From an uncultured Aminicenantes bacterium (GTDB lineage Bacteria; Acidobacteriota; Aminicenantia; UBA2199): a stretch of 11,711 nucleotides of DNA. Both the position numbers and the translations under genes were made by a program. This document shows positions 1 to 6,761 of the stretch, in pieces. The DNA is taken from assembly GCA_965195285.1 (NCBI GenBank), contig CBDAFS010000001.1, positions 1 through 11,711 of the forward strand. The letters run 5' to 3'. Every line of letters begins with the position of its first letter. Positions within the stretch are counted from its first letter, which is position 1. The notes beneath the pieces are model-generated. The model saw only the letters and a list, made by a program, of their open reading frames with translations. It did no database searches and was not told the origin of the DNA.

Positions 1-327
1 GTGGTCACTTTTACCCAGGCAGGGTATCCGCCCACCATCGAACTCAGCGCGGTGCGGAAAACCGAACAGGCCTGGATCATTAAAAAGGATTACGCTGAAA
101 TTAATATCAATATCACCGAACACCCCACAAATCCCCTGGCCGTGGCCCGGTATATCCTGTACCGGACGGATGCGGCCAGCATGGTGCAGCTGGCCGAATA
201 CACTTCAGCCGGCAGCCAGGTGTATATCGATACGTTTTTGGAAAGCGGGAAGTCCTATAGTTACCAGGTGGTGGCCGTGGACGCGGGTGGAACCGTGGTG
301 GCGGAATCGGAAATCGTAACCATTTAG
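1..327 (+). CDS. 3' end of an exported/surface protein (5'-partial); C-terminal Fn3/Ig-like beta-sandwich domain, possibly preceded by a BACON-like domain
   Basis: Open frame from the window edge to TAG at 325-327. YILYR...YIDTFLESGKSYSYQVVAVD...ESEIVTI resembles an Fn3-like domain end; the leading VTFTQAG resembles the last strand of BACON-type Ig domains. Confidence 0.65.
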   Translation: MVTFTQAGYPPTIELSAVRKTEQAWIIKKDYAEININITEHPTNPLAVARYILYRTDAASMVQLAEYTSAGSQVYIDTFLESGKSYSYQVVAVDAGGTVVAESEIVTI

Positions 328-337
328 GAGAATAAAT

Positions 338-910
338 ATGAAAAAAACATTAATCATATTCATTTGCTTGATATTAACCGGATCAATCATGTTCGGTGCA
401 GAACCGGAAGCCAAAACCAAAAAGTTCATGGTTCAGTTGAACGGTACCCTGCTGATGCCGGCTGACAGCGGATATAAGGATGTGTACGGCAGCTCGGTGT
501 TTGTTCCGGGATTTCAGGCTGGATACCTGGCAGGCAAAAACATCCTGATCTGGATTGGTTATGACTATATATCCGGGAGCGGAACCACGCTGGCGCTGGA
601 GGAGGAGGCCCAATCCACTCAGCATTTTATCAGCCTGGGAGCGGGTTACTGGGGTGAGTTTTCCGATAAGCTGGGGTACCGGGTGCAGGCCGGGGTACTT
701 TACGTATCTTATAAGGAAGAGGCCATGGGTGAAGAGGTGTCGGGTTCGGCCATAGGTGTTGTTCTGGAGGGCGGCCTGGTAGTGAAGTTCGGGGGCGGTT
801 TTTTCGGAACTTTATTTCTGGGCTACGACTACGCCTCTGATGATGTGGAGGGCGTGAGCATCAAGCTCGGAGGTTTCAAAACCGGTCTCGGCCTGGGTAT
901 CTGTTTTTAA
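338..910 (+). CDS. Small outer-membrane beta-barrel protein (probably 8-stranded, OmpA-TM/PorT-like)
   Basis: RBS AGGAG overlapping the upstream stop; Sec signal peptide (MKKTLIIFICLILTGSIMFG-A); Gly/aromatic-rich amphipathic strands; C-terminal GLGLGICF with terminal Phe (BAM signal). Confidence 0.8.
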   Translation: MKKTLIIFICLILTGSIMFGAEPEAKTKKFMVQLNGTLLMPADSGYKDVYGSSVFVPGFQAGYLAGKNILIWIGYDYISGSGTTLALEEEAQSTQHFISLGAGYWGEFSDKLGYRVQAGVLYVSYKEEAMGEEVSGSAIGVVLEGGLVVKFGGGFFGTLFLGYDYASDDVEGVSIKLGGFKTGLGLGICF

Positions 911-970
911 TTTCCGAATCATTATTAATGAATGGTCACGTCCGGGATTTATAAATCATTGATTTGACGT

Positions 971-1005
971 AAAAAAAAAGGGGGAGGTGTTAATCACCTC
1001 CCCCT
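971..1005 (-). terminator. Rho-independent terminator of the S8 protease gene
   Basis: Perfect 11-bp stem AGGGGGAGGTG (979-989) / CACCTCCCCCT (995-1005) with 5-nt loop, followed on the minus strand by a T-run (A-run 971-978), 25 nt past the S8 stop codon. Confidence 0.9.
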
Positions 1006-1030
1006 AAAAATCTAATCTTTTCAGAATGTT

Positions 1031-2314
1031 CTACTTTTTGGTAACGGCCTTATAGGCGTTGATCCGGCCTTTGCCATAGAAGTCGTCATTACCGGGTTTT
1101 CCCAGGTCGTCGGATGTCTGGATGAGGTGGTTCTTCAACTTGCCCACCGGCATCCTGCCATACTTGGAAATAACCAGTGCGGCCACGCCGGACACATTCG
1201 GAGCTGCCATGCTGGTTCCGGCAGCCCACATCCAACCATTAATGGTTGTGCTAAAAACCATGTCCAGGTACCAGGTCCCGTATGGATAAAGCAAATAGTC
1301 TCCGCCAGGGGCGGCCAGATCGATGGCGCCCTTACCGTAATTGGAATAGTGGGCAAAATGATCAAAATCCTGAAGCCCGACAGGTCCGGTTGCCGAAATG
1401 GTCAGGCAGTCTCCGGTTTCGGCGGGAATAGCGATGATATTCCCCAGATGGTTGAGGTCAACCGCTTCGTTTCCCGCAGCAACAACCACCAGCGATCCTT
1501 CAGAGCTTGCCCAGTTGATGACCTTCTTCATCATGTTTTTCAGTATAGCCGCATCTCTGGCTGTGTAGTAGGGCTCGTATCCGCTCTTTTTTAAATAACC
1601 GCCCAGGCTCATGTTGATGATATCGGCATGCTCAAGCACGGCATGAACAACGCCCATTGCGATCCAGCTGTATGCTCCGCTGCCGGTATTGTCCAGAACC
1701 TTGACGGCAAAAATGGTGGCATCAGGGGCAACTCCAATGGAACCCCAGTCATTGTCAACAGCGGCAATGATGCCGGCAACATGGGTGCCATGCCCTCTGA
1801 CGTCGATATAATCCGGTTCATAGGGCACAAAGGAAATGCTGGATGAGTGATCCATGTTGTCAGCCAGATCGGGATGGTAATACCAGATTCCCGTATCCAA
1901 TACGGCAACCCGAACACCAGCCCCGGTTACACCTTCGTCCCAGGCTTTGTCGGCCCCGATGACCGGCAGATGCCATTGGTAGAGATAATATGTCTCATCC
2001 TCTCCAATGTTGCTGGCCTGGACTTTTTCATTCGGGGGCAACCAGTTCAAAACCACATCAGGAACAATTTCAAGATTGGCGGTTTCAAAACCGCGAGCCT
2101 GGCTTTCGTCTTCAAACTCGGCGATGGCCATGCCCACTGACGGTAGAAATTTTACCACTTTACCGCCGGCATTTTGTACCATTTTCTCCAAATCATCTGG
2201 AAGAACGTTGGACTTGGAGTTGATGATCCAGCTATCGGCAAACGTCACTGTGACCGTTAAGCAAACGGCCATAAAGAAAAATAGGGATTTTTTGAAAAAT
2301 GTGTGTTTCAACAC
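1031..2314 (-). CDS. Secreted subtilisin-family (S8) serine protease with signal peptide and propeptide
   Basis: Catalytic motifs VAVLDTG (Asp), HGTHVAG (His), AAGN (oxyanion Asn), AGTSMAAP (Ser); signal peptide ending TFA-D; GTG start with AAGGAGG RBS at about 2318-2324. Confidence 0.95.
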   Translation of the reverse strand: MLKHTFFKKSLFFFMAVCLTVTVTFADSWIINSKSNVLPDDLEKMVQNAGGKVVKFLPSVGMAIAEFEDESQARGFETANLEIVPDVVLNWLPPNEKVQASNIGEDETYYLYQWHLPVIGADKAWDEGVTGAGVRVAVLDTGIWYYHPDLADNMDHSSSISFVPYEPDYIDVRGHGTHVAGIIAAVDNDWGSIGVAPDATIFAVKVLDNTGSGAYSWIAMGVVHAVLEHADIINMSLGGYLKKSGYEPYYTARDAAILKNMMKKVINWASSEGSLVVVAAGNEAVDLNHLGNIIAIPAETGDCLTISATGPVGLQDFDHFAHYSNYGKGAIDLAAPGGDYLLYPYGTWYLDMVFSTTINGWMWAAGTSMAAPNVSGVAALVISKYGRMPVGKLKNHLIQTSDDLGKPGNDDFYGKGRINAYKAVTKK

Positions 2315-2460
2315 AAACCTCCTTAAGTGAATTTCTCCATCTATATTGTTTTTGAGATGGAAGTCCTTTTTTGATTCACATTATATAGTTAAACAACCTA
2401 AACCAAGCCAAGAATCAAACTTCAAATAATAGAAAAAGATTCTTCTTTCAATTCGATAAA

Positions 2461-2489
2461 ATAGTAAAGAAATTTTTTTTGATTGTCAA
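2461..2489 (-). promoter_or_regulatory. sigma70-type promoter for the S8 protease
   Basis: Minus strand TTGACA (2489-2484), 17-bp spacer, TACTAT (2466-2461); implies a ~140-nt leader. Confidence 0.7.
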
Positions 2490-2513
2490 ATATTTTTTTA
2501 AAAATTATTAAAA

Positions 2514-2615
2514 TCACAAGGGATATTTACCCTGGATGGCCTTGATGATGTCAATGATAGATAAAAAGGCATCCGCCACTCCCGGGTCAAAATGCTTGCC
2601 CCGTTCCTGACACAA
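2514..2615 (-). pseudogene. Relic C-terminus of an HD-GYP phosphodiesterase
   Basis: Minus strand reads LCQERGKHFDPGVADAFLSIIDIIKAIQGKYPL*, matching the HD-GYP terminal motif (compare KERGQHFDPKIVDIFL in 10391-11077). In-frame TGA immediately upstream at 2616-2618; GC-richer than its AT-rich flanks. Confidence 0.8.
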
Positions 2616-2647
2616 TCACACAACACATATTTTTATTTTGGTTGTTA

Positions 2648-2676
2648 TTGACAATAAATTTCAATTGTTTTATATT
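2648..2676 (+). promoter_or_regulatory. sigma70-type promoter for propeller gene 1
   Basis: TTGACA (2648-2653), 17-bp spacer, TATATT (2671-2676); AAGGAGG RBS before ATG 2797. Confidence 0.7.
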
Positions 2677-2796
2677 TAAATCAAATTAAAAGGAAATTTT
2701 GTCTGAATAAAACAGACAATCTCTCAAGTTGTTGTTTCCTGTTCAGCATAAATTTTTCCTGGTTTATTCACATAGATTGTATAAGGAGGCAGCAAC

Positions 2797-4118
2797 ATGC
2801 AAAAAAGAATTTTTATCATTTTCGTTTTTTTCTTATTCATTGCGTCCATGGGACTGATGGCCCAGGATATCAGCCTTTTATGGAACACCTTTTTAGGCTC
2901 CTCAGTTACTGATTTAGGCGAAGGTATTGCCCTGGACAGTTCGGGAAATATCTATTTGACCGGTTATAGCGGTGCCACCTGGGGATCGCCGGTACATGCT
3001 TACAGTGGTGGGAATGATGTTTTTGTCGCCTGTCTGAACAGTTCGGGAAGCCTGGTCTGGAACACTTTTTTAGGCTCCGCCAGTAATGATTATAGCAGCA
3101 GTATCACCCTGGACGGCTCGGGCAATCTCTATGTGACCGGATATGGTTATGCAACCTGGGGCACGCCGGTTAATGCCCACAGCGGGAGTTTAGATGTCAT
3201 AGTAGCCTGCCTGGGCAGTTCCGGCAGCCTGATCTGGAACACCTTTTTAGGTTCCGACAGTGCTGAATATGGTATTGATATCACTATGGGCAGTTCGGGG
3301 AATGTCTATGTGACCGGCTATGGCACGGCTACCTGGGGATCCCCGGTGAATGCCTACAGCGGGGATGATGATGCGTTCACAGCCTGTCTGAACAATTCCG
3401 GCAGCCTGATCTGGAACACTTTTTTGGGCTCCGCTTCCGAAGATCGAGGTTATGGCATTGCTCTGGATAACTCGGAAAATGTATATGTGACCGGCCCTAG
3501 TTTGGCTACCTGGGGATCCCCGGGAATGCCTACAGCGGTGCTGATGATGTGTTCACAGCCAGTCTCGACAGTTCCGGCAACCTGCTCTGGAACACTTTTT
3601 TAGGCTCCTCTACCGAAGATCGCAGTTATGGCATTGTCCTGGATGAAGCGGGAACTATCCATGTGAGCGGTCATAGCGAGTCCAGTTGGGGATCGCCGGT
3701 GAATTCGCACAGTGGTGGTGATGATATCTTTGTGGCCAGACTTTTTACCGACCCCATTCCCAATATCACAGCCAATGGTTTGGATGGCCCTATTTCCATC
3801 ACAGAATCAGACTCACTTCAAATCCGGGTGTCGTTAAATCGATGGGGCTCCGATGAAAATGTGGACTACTGGCTGGCCTACAGGGGACCGTCCGGATGGG
3901 TCCACTACAATAAAGCTACCAAGACCTGGAAACCGGATCTGGGAGTTACTCACCAGGGGGCCCTGATGGACCTGAACAACAAGAAGGTGTTTCAATCCTC
4001 AGGACTGGCCCCGGGAAGCTATACGTTCTATTTCGGTGTGGATATGAATATGAATGGCACGATCACCAAAGGCAGTCTGTACTATGATGAAGTGAAGGTG
4101 ACGGTTACCAGCAATTGA
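2797..4118 (+). pseudogene. Secreted SBBP-type beta-propeller repeat protein (5 x 59 aa) plus 121-aa C-terminal domain, split by a 1-nt deletion (pseudogene or sequencing error)
   Basis: ORFs 2797-3603 and 3549-4118 are one gene. The repeat reads CCG GTG AAT GCC TAC in the previous unit but CCG G-G AAT GCC TAC at 3520-3533 (T missing between 3523 and 3524). Repeats WNTFLGS...IALDSSGNIYVTGY...WGSPVNA...DVFVA; signal peptide. Restored length 440 aa. Confidence 0.88.
2881..3752 (+). repeat. Five tandem ~177-bp (59-aa) propeller-blade coding repeats
   Basis: WNTFLGS occurs five times at 177-nt spacing (176 across the frameshift). Confidence 0.9.
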
Positions 4119-4184
4119 TGGACCAGATTTCACTTTTTGAACTCAACTTCCAGGCCTGAGATCCGGACATGAATATATTTGTTC

Positions 4185-4298
4185 GTAAATGGGAAGATGA
4201 GAGGATGAGTAGATGGGGAAGACCAGTCAACCAGAAAGCCAGACAACAAATTTCTGGCAATGCTCCGCATCCACCCATTGACTCATATTCACATCAAC
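4185..4298. repeat. Inverted pair of degenerate 8-mer tandem arrays (long imperfect hairpin)
   Basis: Left arm GTAAATGG GAAGATGA GAGGATGA GTAGATGG (4185-4216); right arm 4267-4298 reverse-complements to GTTGATGT GAATATGA GTCAATGG GTGGATGC. The loop holds a second 8-mer array, ACCAGTCA ACCAGAAA GCCAGACA (4222-4245). Confidence 0.6.
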
Positions 4299-4300
4299 CC

Positions 4301-4470
4301 AAAGGGACAGGGCTTGAAATATCAAGTTAAGTTCTACTGACCTTAATCTCAGGTAAAGGTAAAGATAAAGGTAGAGTGCAGGACATCTTAATAAATAAAA
4401 GCTTTTCCTTTACTTCTACCTTCACCTCAACTCTCAGCTACTTATGTCAATAATAAAGATTTGACCCCTT
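4301..4470. repeat. REP/MITE-like element with imperfect terminal inverted repeats and internal inverted hexamer arrays
   Basis: Ends AAAGGGACAGGGCTTGAAATATCAAG and (reverse complement) AAGGGGTCAAATCTTTATTATTGAC, each containing a small palindrome. Inside, AGGTAA AGGTAA AGATAA AGGTAG (4351-4374) faces 4404-4427 (reverse complement AGGTGA AGGTAG AAGTAA AGGAAA). Confidence 0.45.
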
Positions 4471-4476
4471 AATTGC

Positions 4477-6153
4477 TTAATTGCTGGTTACGGTTACCTT
4501 AATTTCGTCGTAATACAAACAACTCACAGACACTTCTCCGTCCATTTTCATGTCCACCCCAAAGAAAAACCGATAGGTGCCCGGAGATAATTTCGAGGAT
4601 TGAAATACCTTTTTATTGTTCATATCAAACAGGGCTCCCTGATGGGTAACCTTCTGGCCCGGTTCCCAGGAATTGGTTGCTTCATTATAGTGAATATATC
4701 TGGAAGGGGTTTTGCAAAACAGCCAGAAATCCGCATCATCGGTAAGACCAATGGTGTTTAACGACACCCTGATCTGCAGGGTTTCTGACTTGGCGATGCT
4801 GAGCGGGCCGTCCGAACCATTGGCGGTTATGTCAGCACTGGGATGGGCGCTGAGTGTGACTGCAAACAAATCCCAATTTCCATTATGATTTCTTAGTGGT
4901 GATCCCCAGCAGTTGTTGCTATAACCAAACACTTGTATTTTTTCCGAATCATCTATGGCGATATCGAGTCCAAAGTCACAACTTTCGGAACCTAAAAAGG
5001 TGTTCCAGAGCATGCTACCGGAACTGTCCAGACTGACTATATATGCATCCCAATCACCACAGTGAGCATATACCGGTGATCCCCAGCAGGCCTTGCTAGA
5101 ACCGGTCACATAGATATTGCCCGAGTTGTCCAGAGTGATACCATATCCACTATCATCACAGCTGGAACCGATAAATGAATTCCAAAGAAGACCGCCGGAA
5201 CTGTCCAGAACGGCTACAAACGCATCCGAACAACCACTGTGAGCATTCATGGGCGATCCCCAGGTGGCAAAGCTATAACCGGTCACATAGATATTGTCCG
5301 AGTCATTCAGGGTGATAGCAAGTCCAAAGTCAGAAGTTCCGGAACCTAAAAAGGTGTTCCAGAGAATGTTACCGGAACTGTCCAGACTGGCTATATATGC
5401 ATCCCAATCACCACTGTGAGCATTCACCGGAGATCCCCAGCTGGCCAAGCTATATCCAATCACATAGATATGACCTGAGCTATCCAGAGCAACATCAAAA
5501 CACTCATCCGTACTATGGGAACCAAAAAAAGTGTTCCCGAGCAGGTTTCCGGCGCTATCCAGGCGGGCTACAAAGGAATCCGCGCTTCCACTAAAGGCAT
5601 TAACCGGCGATCCCCAGGTGGCCCAGCTTACACCGGTCACATAGACAGTTTTCGAACCATCCAGGACAATACCATATCCAAAATCAGGTTGATCGGAACC
5701 TAAAAAGGTATTCCATAACAGGTTGCCCGAACTGTCCAAACAGGCCACAAAGGCATCACTATTTCCGGTGAACGCATTTATTGGCGATCCCCAGGTGGCA
5801 TCGCTATAACCGGTCAAATAGAGATGTCCCGAAATGTCTCGAGCAATGCCATATCCACAATCATCTTGAGATGAACCTAGAAACGTATTCCAGAGTAGGT
5901 TGCCCGAACTGTCCAAACAGGCCACAAAGGCATCACTATTTCCGGTGAACGCATTTATTGGCGATCCCCAGGTGGCATAACCATAACCTGTTACATAGGT
6001 GTTGCCCAATCTGTCCCGGGTGAAAGCGAGGCCAAAATCATCATTACTACTACCCAAAAACGTATTCCATTCCATGTTAACAACTTGAGCGTTCAAAAAA
6101 ATTGATGAAAAAAGTGATACTACCATGATAAAAATAATTGATTGGGATTTCAT
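4477..6153 (-). CDS. Secreted SBBP-type beta-propeller repeat protein (7 x 59 aa) plus 121-aa C-terminal domain; paralog of 2797-4118
   Basis: GAGGAGG RBS; signal peptide ending LNA-Q; seven WNTFLGS-type repeats; C-terminal domain 74/121 identical (ungapped, counted by hand) to that of gene 1. Confidence 0.92.
   Translation of the reverse strand: MKSQSIIFIMVVSLFSSIFLNAQVVNMEWNTFLGSSNDDFGLAFTRDRLGNTYVTGYGYATWGSPINAFTGNSDAFVACLDSSGNLLWNTFLGSSQDDCGYGIARDISGHLYLTGYSDATWGSPINAFTGNSDAFVACLDSSGNLLWNTFLGSDQPDFGYGIVLDGSKTVYVTGVSWATWGSPVNAFSGSADSFVARLDSAGNLLGNTFFGSHSTDECFDVALDSSGHIYVIGYSLASWGSPVNAHSGDWDAYIASLDSSGNILWNTFLGSGTSDFGLAITLNDSDNIYVTGYSFATWGSPMNAHSGCSDAFVAVLDSSGGLLWNSFIGSSCDDSGYGITLDNSGNIYVTGSSKACWGSPVYAHCGDWDAYIVSLDSSGSMLWNTFLGSESCDFGLDIAIDDSEKIQVFGYSNNCWGSPLRNHNGNWDLFAVTLSAHPSADITANGSDGPLSIAKSETLQIRVSLNTIGLTDDADFWLFCKTPSRYIHYNEATNSWEPGQKVTHQGALFDMNNKKVFQSSKLSPGTYRFFFGVDMKMDGEVSVSCLYYDEIKVTVTSN
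4843..6069 (-). repeat. Seven tandem 177-bp (59-aa) propeller-blade coding repeats
   Basis: Seven WNTFLGS-like units; includes an 82-bp perfect duplication (5720-5801 = 5897-5978). Confidence 0.9.
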
Positions 6154-6181
6154 TGTAACCTCCTCACTATCCAGAATTAAA

Positions 6182-6199
6182 TAGCACTATGGCTACCAA
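6182..6199 (-). promoter_or_regulatory. Putative sigma54 (-24/-12) promoter for propeller gene 2
   Basis: Minus strand TTGGTAGCCATAGTGCTA has GG-N10-GC spacing. It is a degenerate match to TGGCAC-N5-TTGC, but is supported by upstream elements shared with the promoter at 11262-11279. Confidence 0.55.
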
Positions 6200-6205
6200 G
6201 TTTTT

Positions 6206-6244
6206 AAAAAACCCGAAACCATTGATAACAAATGGTTTTCAGGC
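6206..6244 (-). terminator. Hairpin plus T-run downstream of the signalling operon (possible terminator; overlaps an IHF-like site)
   Basis: Minus strand GCCTGAAAACCATT-tgttatc-AATGGTTTCGGGT followed by TTTTT; contains TATCAATGGTTTC, close to the IHF consensus WATCAANNNNTTR. Confidence 0.45.
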
Positions 6245-6278
6245 TTTATTGGCAATGCATATGAGCCAAAAGGGGTGT

Positions 6279-6290
6279 GACAAAAGTTGA
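6279..6290. promoter_or_regulatory. Putative enhancer (bEBP) box GACAAAAGTTGA, copy 1
   Basis: Identical 12-mer at 11360-11371; starts 82 bp from the -24 GG of the 6182-6199 promoter. A second GACAAAA lies 22 bp further on (6301-6307). Confidence 0.55.
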
Positions 6291-6352
6291 TATTGCCGAG
6301 GACAAAACAGTCTCGGATCAATTGATTGGTAAAGCCGGTGTGGAAAATGAGA

Positions 6353-6715
6353 CTATAGATTTTTGAGTACGGTTTCCAGTTCAGCCAGATCAATGGGCTT
6401 TTTTAAAAAGCCATCCCGCTGGCATTCCAGATCACTGAGCAGATAGGTGGCATCCTTGTACACGCTGGTCATCATGACTACTTTGGTTTGGTTTAATTCT
6501 TCGCTTTCCTTGATTTTCCGGCATATTTCCACACCATGAATACCGGGCAGGAGCATGTCACTGATCAGGATGTCCGGTTTCTCGCGGTTGACCAGTTCCA
6601 GTCCCAGTTTTCCGTTTTCCGCAGTGAATACACTGTTGCCCTGATTGATTAACGTTTTTTCCAGCAGTTTCAGGGTGACCGGATCGTCATCAATTACTAC
6701 GATGATTTTTTTCAT
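6353..6715 (-). CDS. Single-domain (CheY-like) response regulator
   Basis: VVIDDD, PDILISDMLLP (phospho-Asp), MMTS and FLKKP motifs. ATG 6715 with GAGGAG RBS is preferred over the track start at 6760. Confidence 0.9.
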   Translation of the reverse strand: MKKIIVVIDDDPVTLKLLEKTLINQGNSVFTAENGKLGLELVNREKPDILISDMLLPGIHGVEICRKIKESEELNQTKVVMMTSVYKDATYLLSDLECQRDGFLKKPIDLAELETVLKNL

Positions 6716-6761
6716 GTCTATCGTACTCCTCGTCATCATGTTTTGATTGTTGGTTTGCATC

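Noticed and set aside
938-970. Overlapping short palindromes (GATTTATAAATC, AAATCATTGATTT) after the barrel gene
   Set aside because: AT-rich and short, in a convergent gap; could arise by chance and no function can be supported.
2683-2796. Riboswitch in the propeller gene 1 leader (TTGTCTG/CAGACAA hairpin, AATCTCTCAAG)
   Set aside because: Only fragments resemble glycine or c-di-GMP riboswitch motifs; the conserved cores are not recognisable. An Rfam/Infernal scan would settle it.
4119-4476. Recombinase-driven invertible element (shufflon) between the convergent paralogs
   Set aside because: No recombinase gene in the window and no perfect inverted recombination sites; only homologous recombination remains as a hypothesis.
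2881-6069. CRISPR array
   Set aside because: Repeats have a 177-bp period, are degenerate and protein-coding; no repeat-spacer structure or cas genes.
2797-6153. Diversity-generating retroelement (TR/VR pair) among the near-identical repeats
   Set aside because: No reverse transcriptase or Avd in the window, mismatches between copies are not restricted to adenines on one strand, and all copies are in-frame coding blades.
6193-6393. 66-aa minus-strand ORF
   Set aside because: No recognisable motif; overlaps the regulator 3' end and the promoter/enhancer region.
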